Of a stretch of DNA of 64,000 nt, positions 27,395-36,822 are shown in pieces. Positions within the stretch are counted from its first letter, which is position 1. The number at the start of each line of letters is the position of its first letter. The notes beneath the pieces are model-generated. The model was not told the DNA's origin. It saw only the letters and a list, made by a program, of their open reading frames with translations, and ran no database searches. This stretch comes from Candidatus Paceibacter sp. (GTDB lineage: Bacteria > Patescibacteriota > Minisyncoccia > UBA9983). A program made the translations under genes and the position numbers. The DNA lies in assembly GCA_013360865.1 (NCBI GenBank), contig JABWAS010000005.1, positions 507 through 64,506 on the forward strand. The letters are read 5' to 3'.

Positions 27395-27892
27395 ATGCCG
27401 CAGGTAAATTGCAGGATATGCGATGAAGAATTTTATGCCAAGCCAAGCTGGATCAAAAGAGGGCATGGAATATATTGTTCCCGCGTTTGTCAGCATAAAG
27501 GGATGAAGAATGGCAAATTGGTAAATTGTTTTATTTGCAATAAAGAAGTTTATAAGCCGCAAAAAGCCCTAAAACATTCTAAGAGTAAGAAATTTTTTTG
27601 CGGTAAATCTTGCCAAACTGTCTGGAGGAACACAATGGTCTTTGTCGGCTCAAACCATTTCAATTGGAAAGGAGGAGAATTTTCTTATAAAAGCAATTTA
27701 ATAAAAGGCAAACTTCCAAAAATATGCAAAATATGCCACATTAAAGACTTAAGGGTTTTGGCGGTGCATCATGTTGATCATAACAGGAAGAACAATAGAA
27801 TAAAAAACTTGATTACGCTTTGTCATAATTGTCACTTTTTAGTGCATCGTTATAAAGAAGAAGAGAAAAAATTTATGGAGACATTGGTGTAG
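27395..27892 (+). CDS. HNH endonuclease with N-terminal zinc-finger repeats (homing-endonuclease-like)
   Basis: CRIC, YCSRVC, CFIC, FCGKSC, NHFNWKGG, CKIC...VHHVDHNRKNN...NLITLCHNCH. Confidence 0.9.
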   Translation: MPQVNCRICDEEFYAKPSWIKRGHGIYCSRVCQHKGMKNGKLVNCFICNKEVYKPQKALKHSKSKKFFCGKSCQTVWRNTMVFVGSNHFNWKGGEFSYKSNLIKGKLPKICKICHIKDLRVLAVHHVDHNRKNNRIKNLITLCHNCHFLVHRYKEEEKKFMETLV

Positions 27893-27948
27893 CAGTAGCA
27901 CTGCACTCTGTGAAAGTGCCAGCGAGGGTGCGAATCCCTCATGTCTCC
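27877..27948 (+). tRNA. tRNA-His(GTG), non-canonical (A18/G55 type), overlapping the HNH stop codon
   Basis: G-1, GAGACAT/ATGTCTC acceptor plus C73, GCACT-CTGTGAA-AGTGC anticodon arm, GAGGG-TGCGAAT-CCCTC T-arm. Confidence 0.82.
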
Positions 27949-27966
27949 CCGATAAAATAAAAACAT

Positions 27967-28566
27967 ATGCCCGTTTTGCGAAAAATTCTGGATATTCTTT
28001 TGCCCACAACAAGGCTTAATAACAGCCTAAGGGTGCTCGTGGCCACCAACACCGTCATGGTGTTCGCCATCGGCCTGTTCGCGCCTTTCTACGCCGTTTT
28101 CGTCAAAAACATCGGCGGCGGGCTGGCTTTCGCCGGTTTTTCCTGGTCGCTGTTGTACATCGTTTCCGGAATTTTGATTTTGCTTTTTACTAAATGGGAG
28201 CTAAGGGTCAAAGAACAGGAATTGCTGCTGGCGCTGGGGTATGTTTTAAGGGGTTTTGTTTTTTTGAGCTACGCTTTTATGGACAATATGCCGCAGCTTA
28301 TTTTAACCCAGGTTGTTTGGGGAATTGCCGCCGCTATTGGCACGCCGGCCTTTGATTCCGTCTACAGCAGTCACGTCAGCCAGGACAAATCCATAATGCA
28401 GTGGGGCCAGTGGGAAGGGCTGGCCGCCATAGCGACGGGCGCGGCCGCGCTAATCGGAGGAGTTTTGATTGAGAACTTTGGATACGGAATAATTTTTATG
28501 GTTATGGCCGGAATCTCATTTTTGCTCGGTGCTTACATCTGGCGGTTGCCGAGAGAAGTTTTGTAG
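27967..28566 (+). CDS. Short (about 6-TM) MFS-like membrane protein
   Basis: Hydrophobic helices, FAPFYAVFV, IGTPAFDSVYS. Confidence 0.75.
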   Translation: MPVLRKILDILLPTTRLNNSLRVLVATNTVMVFAIGLFAPFYAVFVKNIGGGLAFAGFSWSLLYIVSGILILLFTKWELRVKEQELLLALGYVLRGFVFLSYAFMDNMPQLILTQVVWGIAAAIGTPAFDSVYSSHVSQDKSIMQWGQWEGLAAIATGAAALIGGVLIENFGYGIIFMVMAGISFLLGAYIWRLPREVL

Positions 28567-28618
28567 ATCGCGTTAAAAGTTGTCTAAAACAATAATTCAG
28601 CTTATACTCCTTACTGTG

Positions 28619-28689
28619 CGGGCTGTCGTATACCGGTAGTACACACGCTTCGGGTGCGTGTTGACTGGGTTCGATTCCCAGCAGCCCGA
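28619..28689 (+). tRNA. tRNA-Pro(CGG)
   Basis: CGGGCTG/CAGCCCG acceptor, CACGC-TTCGGGT-GCGTG anticodon arm. Confidence 0.94.
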
Positions 28690-28740
28690 ATAAAATGAGG
28701 GATGAGCAAGACAACTGCTTGATAATTTATTGCTTGAGGT

Positions 28741-29598
28741 ATGCAGAATTTTATTCAAAAAATTATCACTAACACGGCTCCCTGGTTTTTGGACCACGGA
28801 GTTAAAATTATTGTTGTTCTTGTCGCGGCCTGGCTCATCCGTAGATTCGGCGGGGTTTTTATAGGAAGGGTTGTGCGAAAAATTGTCGTATCAGACCGTT
28901 TCCTCGCAAAAGAAGCAGAAGAAAAAAGAGAAGAAACTTTAATTCGTATTTTCGCGGGTAGTCTTGGTCTGGTTGTATGGATTCTTGCCGGACTCGTAAT
29001 TTTGCAAGAGGCCGGTTTCGCCATAGGACCGCTTCTTGCGGCCGCCGGCATTGCCGGGCTCGCTTTCGGCTTTGGCGGCCAATATCTTATACGGGATCTC
29101 ATCAGCGGACTTTTCATCATTATGGAAAATCAATATCGCGTTAATGATGTGGTTTGTTCTGACGGAACTTGCGGCTTAGTGGAAGACATCTCTCTGCGAA
29201 TGACAACTTTGCGGGATTTAGACGGGGTGGTGCATCATATACCGCACGGAGAAATCAAAAAGGTTTCCAATCTTACCAAGCATTTCGCGAGAGTAAATCT
29301 CAACATCGGTATTGCCTACAGCTCCGATATTGAACATGTTATTTCGGTGGTGAATAAAGTTGGCAACGAACTTGCCGCGGATGCCAACTGGAAAGAATTC
29401 ATTATCAAGCCGCCGCAATTTTTGCGCGTTGATGATTTTGGCGATTCGGCTATCATCATTAAAATTCTTGGCGAAACAAAACCAATTAAACAATGGGATG
29501 TTGCCGGCGAACTGCGCAAGAGGTTGAAAGTTGCTTTTGATAAAGAGAATATTGAAATTCCGTTTCCGCAAAGAGTTATTCATAAAGCTAAGCCATAA
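28741..29598 (+). CDS. Small-conductance mechanosensitive channel (MscS family)
   Basis: GLAFGFGGQ..IRDLISG, GLVEDISLR, IEIPFPQR. Confidence 0.94.
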   Translation: MQNFIQKIITNTAPWFLDHGVKIIVVLVAAWLIRRFGGVFIGRVVRKIVVSDRFLAKEAEEKREETLIRIFAGSLGLVVWILAGLVILQEAGFAIGPLLAAAGIAGLAFGFGGQYLIRDLISGLFIIMENQYRVNDVVCSDGTCGLVEDISLRMTTLRDLDGVVHHIPHGEIKKVSNLTKHFARVNLNIGIAYSSDIEHVISVVNKVGNELAADANWKEFIIKPPQFLRVDDFGDSAIIIKILGETKPIKQWDVAGELRKRLKVAFDKENIEIPFPQRVIHKAKP

Positions 29599-29718
29599 GT
29601 GGCGCGCCGGCTTTATTGGCGCAAAATTCGGCGTACAATTTATTTTTTTATTTGACTTATTCCGCACGGAGTGTAGTATATTAACCATAAGCCCGCAGTC
29701 GGGGCTTTTTTAAGAAGA

Positions 29719-29904
29719 ATGATAAATAAAGCCATAAATTACGTCAAAGAAACGAAAGCCGAACTGAAAGGCGTCATTTGGCCGTCGCGAAGGCAAACCA
29801 TTACCTACACTTTGCTCGTTGTCGGCGCTTCTTTGGCAGTGGCGGTTTTGCTTGGTTTTTTTGACATGATTTCTGCTTATTTATTGGAAAAATTCGTTTT
29901 GTAA
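29719..29904 (+). CDS. secE: Preprotein translocase SecE
   Basis: ELKGVIWPSR plus one TM segment; precedes nusG. Confidence 0.93.
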   Translation: MINKAINYVKETKAELKGVIWPSRRQTITYTLLVVGASLAVAVLLGFFDMISAYLLEKFVL

Positions 29905-29909
29905 TTTTT

Positions 29910-30446
29910 ATGTTAAAGCAAAAAGTTCAAGCGGGCAGAAACTGGTACGCCATCCATACCTACGCTGGTTACGAGGACGCCGTGGTCAGAAACTTGAAGC
30001 AAAGAATAGAATCCCTGGGCATGGAAAATCTTATTTTTGACGCCATCGTTCCCACCGAGAAGAAAATAAAAATAGTGGGGGGCAAGAGAAAGACGGTGGA
30101 GGAGAAGATATATCCCGGGGTGGACATGATTGTCACCGACAACTCCTGGTATGTGGTCCGCAACACGCCCAGAGTCACCGGATTCGTCGGGGCGGGCACC
30201 ACGCCGGTGCCGTTGGTAAAGACGGAGGTGGATACGCTGTTTGAGAGAATGGGCATGGCCGAGCCGAAGTACAAGATGGATGTCAAAGAAGGCGACGTGG
30301 TAAGAATAACGGACGGGCCGTTCAAAGAGTTTGAAGGAACGGTCAACGAGGTTGACGAAGAGAGAGGGAAGATTAAAATCCTTATATCCATGTTCGGCAG
30401 GGAAACGCCGGTAGAAATAGATTACTTGCAGGTTAAAAAAATTTAA
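29910..30446 (+). CDS. nusG: Transcription factor NusG
   Basis: WYAIHTYAGYE, VRNTPRVTGFVG, KOW motif GPF...FGRETPVE. Confidence 0.97.
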   Translation: MLKQKVQAGRNWYAIHTYAGYEDAVVRNLKQRIESLGMENLIFDAIVPTEKKIKIVGGKRKTVEEKIYPGVDMIVTDNSWYVVRNTPRVTGFVGAGTTPVPLVKTEVDTLFERMGMAEPKYKMDVKEGDVVRITDGPFKEFEGTVNEVDEERGKIKILISMFGRETPVEIDYLQVKKI

Positions 30447-30516
30447 GGTATGGCATCCCGACAGGTCGGGATTGCTCATATTTTAAAAATTTTTTAAAAT
30501 CAAAAAATTAAAAAAT

Positions 30517-30939
30517 ATGGCAAAAAACATAAAAACAATAGTAAAATTGCAGATTCCGGCTGGCAAAGCCAATCCGGCTCCTCCGGTCGGTCCGGCGCTC
30601 GGTCAACACGGCGTCAATATCGGCGACTTCGTCAGTAAGTTCAACGAAGCGACGAGAGAAAAAATGGGGGACATTATTCCGGTGGAGATAAGCATCTACG
30701 ACGACCGAACCTTCACTTTCAAAATGAAGACTCCGCCCGCCTCGGACTTGCTCCGCAAGGCCGCCGGCGTGGAAAAAGGCTCCGGCAAAAACGTCGCCAG
30801 CAAAGTCGGCAAAATAACCAAAGTCAAACTTAAAGAAGTGGCCGAAAGAAAGATGGAAGACCTAAACGCCAACGACGTGGACGCCGCGATGAACATAATC
30901 GCCGGCACCGCCCGCAGCATGGGTATAACGATAGAGTAA
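30517..30939 (+). CDS. rplK: 50S ribosomal protein L11
   Basis: [29 protein letters not shown]. Confidence 0.99.
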   Translation: MAKNIKTIVKLQIPAGKANPAPPVGPALGQHGVNIGDFVSKFNEATREKMGDIIPVEISIYDDRTFTFKMKTPPASDLLRKAAGVEKGSGKNVASKVGKITKVKLKEVAERKMEDLNANDVDAAMNIIAGTARSMGITIE

Positions 30940-30960
30940 TTTTTGGAAGACGAGTAACTC

Positions 30961-31006
30961 ACAAAAACAATCCCGTCCGCCAGCTGGCGGACGGGATTGT
31001 TTTTGT
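30961..31006 (+). terminator. Perfect palindrome/terminator after rplK
   Basis: ACAAAAACAATCCCGTCCGCC-AGCT-GGCGGACGGGATTGTTTTTGT. Confidence 0.85.
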
Positions 31007-31079
31007 TTTTAGATTGTTATATTATTTAATTAAACCGTATCTTAACTTAGATATTTTTATAAATAAGAAAGGGGGATTT

Positions 31080-31301
31080 ATGCCAAGTTGCCACAGGGCA
31101 TTGGTTATCGCAAGCGCCATTGTTATAACATGCGACAGTAAAGAAAGGTATGACGGAAAAGGGAACAGGATTAATCCGGAAACAGGCCTTCCGACCAGGC
31201 CGAAACCGAATATTTTTAAAAAAGTTTTTTCCGCCTTTAAAAAGGCGGGGTCAAAAAGAAATACGCCCCATAATAACCCGTATTGTCCACTACCATCCTG
31301 A
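31080..31301 (+). CDS. Small hypothetical protein
   Basis: 73-aa ORF with GGGGA upstream and a hairpin downstream. Confidence 0.4.
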   Translation: MPSCHRALVIASAIVITCDSKERYDGKGNRINPETGLPTRPKPNIFKKVFSAFKKAGSKRNTPHNNPYCPLPS

Positions 31302-31366
31302 TTTTTTTTCCTTTCCTTTCCTTTCTTAAAATTTTACAGCCACCATGGAGGGGTGGCTTTTATTTA

Positions 31367-31704
31367 TTATCGCGCTAGTTCTATTTTTATCCCGACAACT
31401 CCGTATTTTTTTTGTTCCTCTTTCGGGTAAAAAGTTTCAATTTCTTTGATTAGTTCGTCTTTTGAATTTCCGCCGAAGTACTCGGAAGGAAAGTCAGAAA
31501 ACCTTCAAATGTTGCGTATCTGTAAAACGCTTTTACTATTGTAATAACTTTTTCGTCCGGTTTGTCGTTGCGAGAAAACTCAATATGGTCTCCGATATTT
31601 ATCAGCTGACGTTTTTCGTCATATAGCCTTGATTCAATAATTTTTTTACCGCTGGCTATTTTTTCAAAAGGATTGGCTGATAATTTCATTTTATGAATAG
31701 TCAT
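31367..31704 (-). pseudogene. ASCH-domain protein, frameshifted near 31500
   Basis: HKMKL...FEKIASGKKIIESRLYDEKR; a shifted frame continues SDFPSEYFGG...EQKKYGVVGIKI. Confidence 0.8.
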
Positions 31705-31748
31705 AAAATTTAATATGTTTGAAAGTTAAAAAGTGTATTTTTCCAAGC

Positions 31749-31769
31749 ATCCAAGGACCGTCCTTGGAT
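31749..31769. repeat. REP-like palindrome
   Basis: ATCCAAGGA-CCG-TCCTTGGAT. Confidence 0.65.
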
Positions 31770-31772
31770 AGA

Positions 31773-32786
31773 TTACGCGGCTGCTTCTTTTACCGCGGTT
31801 TTTATTTTACCCTCCAGATCATGAATGGTTTTCGGGTTTTCGCCTAAAAATTGACGGGCGTTGTCGTAGCCGCGGCCGAGGCTCTGGCCGTCGTAGGAGT
31901 ACGACGCGCCGGATTTTTTGATGATCCCGTATTTTTCCGCCAGATTTAAAACGTCGCCGGTGTAGGAGATGCCCTCGTTGTACAAAATGTCAAACTCGGC
32001 CGTTTTAAACGGCGCCGCCACTTTATTTTTGACCACTTTGGCTTTGACGCGGTTGCCGATGACGTCTTCGCCTTTCTTTATCTGGGCGGCTCGTCTTACT
32101 TCAACTCTGACGGAGGCGTAGAATTTGAGCGCTTTGCCGCCCGGGGTCGTTTCCGGATTGCCGAACATTATACCTATCTGCATTCTGATTTGGTTGATGA
32201 AGATAACCACGGTTTTTGATCTGGCGGTAATGGCCGTCAATTTCCTTAAGGCCTGCGACATCAGTCTGGCCTGCAAACCGACATGGGCTTGGCCCATCTC
32301 GCCCTCAATTTCCGCCTTGGGAGTCAGCGCGGCTACGGAATCAACCACAATAACATCTATGCCGCCGGAGCGGACTAGGCTTTCCGTTATTTCCAGAGCC
32401 TGCTCGCCGGTGTCGGGCTGGGAGATAAGGAGATCGTCTATTTTGACCCCCAATTTTTTAGCGTATTCGGGGTCCAGAGCGTGCTCGGCGTCTATGAAGG
32501 CGCACACCCCGCCCTTTTTTTGGGCTTGGGCCACTACGTTGAGAGCCAGAGTGGTTTTTCCGGAAGATTCCGGGCCGTAGATTTCTATTATTCTGCCGCG
32601 GGGCATTCCGCCCACGCCTAACGCGATATCCAGACTTAAAGAACCGGTGGGGATGACATCCACGTTTACTCTCGGCGCTTCGCCCAGCTTCATTATGGAG
32701 CCGTCGCCGTATTTTGTTTTTATCTCATGAAGGGCGTTTTCCACCCCGATATTTTTTTCTTTCGCCGGTTGATCTTTTTTTACCAT
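31773..32786 (-). CDS. recA: Recombinase A
   Basis: [36 protein letters not shown]. Confidence 0.99.
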   Translation of the reverse strand: MVKKDQPAKEKNIGVENALHEIKTKYGDGSIMKLGEAPRVNVDVIPTGSLSLDIALGVGGMPRGRIIEIYGPESSGKTTLALNVVAQAQKKGGVCAFIDAEHALDPEYAKKLGVKIDDLLISQPDTGEQALEITESLVRSGGIDVIVVDSVAALTPKAEIEGEMGQAHVGLQARLMSQALRKLTAITARSKTVVIFINQIRMQIGIMFGNPETTPGGKALKFYASVRVEVRRAAQIKKGEDVIGNRVKAKVVKNKVAAPFKTAEFDILYNEGISYTGDVLNLAEKYGIIKKSGASYSYDGQSLGRGYDNARQFLGENPKTIHDLEGKIKTAVKEAAA

Positions 32787-32796
32787 AATTTTTTAC

Positions 32797-33150
32797 TTAT
32801 TCTTTATAAACCACTTCCAGTTTTTCTTTGGTTTCTCTGCCGAACTTATCGTTGCCTTTTATCTCCATTATATTATAGCCGGGCGCCAGCAGCAACGAAT
32901 CGCTGAAGTTGCCTTCCTTGTCCGCGAATATCTGCCGGCCGTTTACGAAAAGGGAAGCGACGTTGACGGCTTTGCCGGAAATTTTAAGCAACTGCTCGCC
33001 TATAACCTCCCCGTTTAGCGGCGACACAATCGCTATTTCTGGCCCCTCCAGATAAGCCTTGGCTTTGTATAACCCATAACTGCCGAAAATGGCAAGAAGA
33101 AGCACGACCGCGCTTAAGCTTGTTAATATTTTTGGTTTTACCGCCGTCAT
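32797..33150 (-). CDS. Membrane-anchored Ig-like hypothetical protein
   Basis: TM segment plus GPEIAIVSP...ISG...VNG...L.PGYN. Confidence 0.65.
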   Translation of the reverse strand: MTAVKPKILTSLSAVVLLLAIFGSYGLYKAKAYLEGPEIAIVSPLNGEVIGEQLLKISGKAVNVASLFVNGRQIFADKEGNFSDSLLLAPGYNIMEIKGNDKFGRETKEKLEVVYKE

Positions 33151-35460
33151 TTAATTTATTGTTTCTTTGGCGTTGCCCGTCTGGGTGTTGTCCGCCTCCG
33201 TTAATTCCGGCCCATCTTCGCCGGGGAAATAATCCTCTTCGTTTTCTTGTTCCTTGTTTGATGTTTCATCCGTGTCCGCGCCCACCCCCTCAAATTCGTT
33301 TTCGTTTCTTATTAAAACCTGGCGGGCCTTGGCGCCTTCGCCCGGACCGACGACGCCTCTTTCTTCCAGCATATCAATCAGCCGGGCGGCTCGGGCGTAG
33401 CCGATCTTCAGTTTTCTTTGAAGATACGAAGTAGAGGCTTTCCCGGACTCTATCACCGTCTGGCGGGCATCCTCGTAAAGCTCGTCCAGGTCTTCCGCGC
33501 CTTCGTCCAGGTTCATCGCAAAGGCGGGCTGGATTTTTGTCCCTTCGCCGCCTTGCTCGGTGGCGGGGATGGCGCTTTCAAAATCAACATTCTTGTACTG
33601 GTCGGCCAGATAATCAACCACTTTTTTAACCTCGTTTTCGGAGATAAACGGCCCTTGGATTCTTTTGGGTTTTGCCGTGTCACCGGCCAGAAAGAGCATA
33701 TCGCCCTTGCCCAGGAGCTTTTCCGCTCCGGCCATGTCCAAAATGGTGCGGGAGTCTATCTGCGAAGCCACTTGGAGCGCCACGCGGCAGGTGATGTTGG
33801 CTTTAATTAGCCCGGTAATGACTTCCACCGACGGCCTCTGTGTGGACAAGACTAAATGGATGCCCACCGCCCGCGACATTTGCGCCAGCCGGACGATGGA
33901 CGCCTCCATTTCCCGCGGATAGGTGCTCATCAGGTCGGCCAATTCGTCTATCACCACCACCAGATAGGGCATCAGGCCGTCGCCGCCCTTTTTCTCGTGG
34001 TAAGAGCCGATGTCGCGCACTCCGGCGGAAAGCAGGACTTCGTATCTTCTTTCCATTTCCTTGCACAGCCACTTGAGCGTCATGATGGCTTTTTTGGTTT
34101 CCGTTATCACCGGAGCCAGCATGTGGGGAATCTGGTTGTAAACGGTCAGCTCCACGCGCTTCGGGTCAACCATGATAAATCGCAAAATTTCGGGAGAATT
34201 CCGGTAGAGCAAGCTGGTGATAAGGGTGTGAATGAAAATTGACTTGCCGCTGCCGGTGGCTCCCGCCACGAGCAGATGAGGCATCTTGGCGATGCTGGAA
34301 TAAACCGCCTTGCCCGCGACGTCTTTGCCCATGGCGATAAGCAGTGATTGTTTGGAGGCTTGATATTCCTCCTCGGAGAAAAGGGAAGCCAATCCGATGG
34401 TGGTTTTGGTGCTGTTGGGTATCTCTATGCCCACCAGCGAACGCCCCGGAATGGGCGCTTCTATTCTTAAGGGGTGGGCGGCCAGAGACAGAGCCAGGTC
34501 GTTTTGCAAAGCCAGGATGCGGGCGAGCTTTACTCCTTCGGCCGGTTTAAGAGTGTACTGGGTGACGGAGGGGCCGATGTTTATCTCCGCCATCTCCACG
34601 TCTATGCCGAAGTTTTGGAGAGTTCTTTTGATGATGTTGGCGTTGGCCTTGATGTCGCCGCTGGACGGCTTGCCACGATCTCCTTCAAGCAAAGAAAGCG
34701 GGGGAGGGACGAACGCCGTTTTCTGATGTTGCTCGTAAGAGCCGATGTCGTAATTTTCTTCCTCTTCTTTCGCTTTCTCGGCCGCCGGTTTTTTGGCTCG
34801 GTTTTTTTCTTTCGCCGCGCTTCTTGTCTCTTCCTCGTCGGCTTGGGCCGCTTTCGGCTCGTTTACTACTATCTCTTCGGCCGAATTTTCTTCCCCGTCG
34901 TCCGCGTCTTCATCGGTTTCTTTTTTCTTAAAAAAGTTCAGAGCGGACAGCGGGATATTGGCCATCAGCAGAATGGAAACCACCGACACGGCGCCGAGCA
35001 TCAAAAGAGTGGCGGAGAGGTCAAAAAATTTCATGAAAGGGTAGGAGGCAAAATATCCGACATAGCCGCCGGCTTTCATTCCCCATACCGCCGAGAGGGA
35101 ACCGAGGGCGCTGAAGAGAAAAAGCGTCGCCCCGATGGCGGCGTGTTTTACCAGATTGGGCCGGATGGAGCGGAAGAATAAAAAGGAGGAGAAAAAGAGA
35201 ATGGTCGGCACAAGGACGGAGCCCTTGCCGAACAGGACGTCTAAAATTTTGTTGGCGTAGCGGCCGGCCGTTCCGGCTTTGTCAAAGTAAGAAAGGATGA
35301 ACACCAATGCCAGAACGAACGCCCCCACCGCTAGTATTGAATACTTCGTTTCCCGTTTCAGCTCGCCGAGAAGGTTGCCCATGCGGTTTTCTTTTTCTTC
35401 GCGGGAGTTTGTCGCCCGCTTTTTACCTTCTTTCCCGTTGGAGATTTTTTTCCTGGCCAT
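33151..35460 (-). CDS. ftsK: DNA translocase FtsK
   Basis: N-terminal TM segments, PHLLVAGATGSGKS, DELAD, gamma domain LQRKLKIGYARAAR. Confidence 0.98.
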   Translation of the reverse strand: MARKKISNGKEGKKRATNSREEKENRMGNLLGELKRETKYSILAVGAFVLALVFILSYFDKAGTAGRYANKILDVLFGKGSVLVPTILFFSSFLFFRSIRPNLVKHAAIGATLFLFSALGSLSAVWGMKAGGYVGYFASYPFMKFFDLSATLLMLGAVSVVSILLMANIPLSALNFFKKKETDEDADDGEENSAEEIVVNEPKAAQADEEETRSAAKEKNRAKKPAAEKAKEEEENYDIGSYEQHQKTAFVPPPLSLLEGDRGKPSSGDIKANANIIKRTLQNFGIDVEMAEINIGPSVTQYTLKPAEGVKLARILALQNDLALSLAAHPLRIEAPIPGRSLVGIEIPNSTKTTIGLASLFSEEEYQASKQSLLIAMGKDVAGKAVYSSIAKMPHLLVAGATGSGKSIFIHTLITSLLYRNSPEILRFIMVDPKRVELTVYNQIPHMLAPVITETKKAIMTLKWLCKEMERRYEVLLSAGVRDIGSYHEKKGGDGLMPYLVVVIDELADLMSTYPREMEASIVRLAQMSRAVGIHLVLSTQRPSVEVITGLIKANITCRVALQVASQIDSRTILDMAGAEKLLGKGDMLFLAGDTAKPKRIQGPFISENEVKKVVDYLADQYKNVDFESAIPATEQGGEGTKIQPAFAMNLDEGAEDLDELYEDARQTVIESGKASTSYLQRKLKIGYARAARLIDMLEERGVVGPGEGAKARQVLIRNENEFEGVGADTDETSNKEQENEEDYFPGEDGPELTEADNTQTGNAKETIN

Positions 35461-35597
35461 CTTGTTGATTATTATACTCCAAAAGAAACGTAAAAACCAA
35501 AAACCGCTTATTTTGATTTGATTTTTAAGCAGACGTCCTTTAAAATGTCCAATAAGATTTAGTGGGTCAAAACCCTATCGGTCAGTTGAAAATCATC

Positions 35598-36311
35598 ATG
35601 GACAACATAAGAGATATTTACGGACACATTACGGACAGAATCCAAAAGCTAACCTCTGCTTTATACAGAGTTACTGACCTTATGTCCGATAAAGAACCTC
35701 TCAAATGGACACTAAGGGAAACATCTCTTGCCGTTCACGATCTGATTGTGTCCATTAAGCTTGCCAAAGACAAAGACAGAGTTTTGACTGAAACTCTTAA
35801 TTTGTCTTATCGGATTATTAAAACACTGGAATTGGTTTCTTCCGGCGCCGGAATAGCCAGCCTTAATTTTGAGATATTGAAGAGGGAATACATCTACGTA
35901 AAAAATTTTCTGGAGGGCAAAAAAACGGAATTCGCCTACGACCCGAAGATGCTTCCAGAATTTGTTTTAAATCAAAAAAAGACAAGAGAATTTTCTGGCA
36001 GAACCCCGGAAACTCCCATAGCTTTTCCGGAGCAGATAATCGCCGGTTTAAAGCTGCCTGAAGGCGCGCCCGGCGCCGCAACGGCAAAGGCGGAAGAACA
36101 GGATGTGGAACCCCAAAGCCGCAAAGGTAAAATCCTTAATTTTCTAAAAGACGGGGAGGCCCGCTCGGTGGGCGAGGTGGCCGCTATCTTCAACGGGGGA
36201 GCCAGCGACAAGGCCGTCCAGAGGGACTTATTTGACCTGGTGAGAATGGGAAAAGTTGAGGCCAAAGGCGACAAAAGATGGCGGAAATACGAAATATTAA
36301 AAAACGGCTGA
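35598..36311 (+). CDS. Hypothetical protein with C-terminal winged HTH
   Basis: ALYRVTD...EPLKW; RKGKIL...SDKAVQRDL...GDKRWRKY. Confidence 0.7.
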   Translation: MDNIRDIYGHITDRIQKLTSALYRVTDLMSDKEPLKWTLRETSLAVHDLIVSIKLAKDKDRVLTETLNLSYRIIKTLELVSSGAGIASLNFEILKREYIYVKNFLEGKKTEFAYDPKMLPEFVLNQKKTREFSGRTPETPIAFPEQIIAGLKLPEGAPGAATAKAEEQDVEPQSRKGKILNFLKDGEARSVGEVAAIFNGGASDKAVQRDLFDLVRMGKVEAKGDKRWRKYEILKNG

Positions 36312-36466
36312 AACAAAAGGAGTTTTATCTTGTTGACAGTACTGATATTCTATTGTCTTAGTTTTTAAAAAGATTGACCCCCGCCTTATTTTTTGCCATA
36401 ATCCCTATCAGATTAAACCGCCGCTTTCGAGCTCTTAACAATGCGGCTCCGGCTAAAACGCTGGAG

Positions 36467-36487
36467 TTATCCACATTGTTATCCACA
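36467..36487 (+). promoter_or_regulatory. Two tandem consensus DnaA boxes
   Basis: TTATCCACA at 36467 and 36479. Confidence 0.65.
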
Positions 36488-36822
36488 TTTTTGTTTGCAG
36501 AGTTGTCGGCGCGGTTTATAATGATTTGATAGAACGCAGTCGTGGCTATTTTCATCGTCGGAAGTTCCGTCCTGTTAGAACTTTAAAAAAAGAATAATTA
36601 AGAAAGCGCAAGACGCACGAAAGTCATTCAGAAAAAATTGTTGTGAAAAATTAATTTCGCAATTCGATAGTTTGGAAAAAAGAGATTATAAGTTTAATTG
36701 CGCGAAGTTTTTGGTTTTGTCGAAATCAAATGGATTCGCGCAAAAGAATAATTCATTCTTCGCCGTCGCCGCCAAACGGAACGGGGGAGGGTGAGATTAT
36801 TATTAAAAGGTTTAAAAACATT

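Noticed and set aside
27304-27950. tRNA-His split by a group I intron carrying an HNH gene
   Set aside because: No 3' exon complementary to the 5' half follows, the downstream tRNA is complete in itself, and the ~55 bp of non-coding sequence is too short for a ribozyme core.
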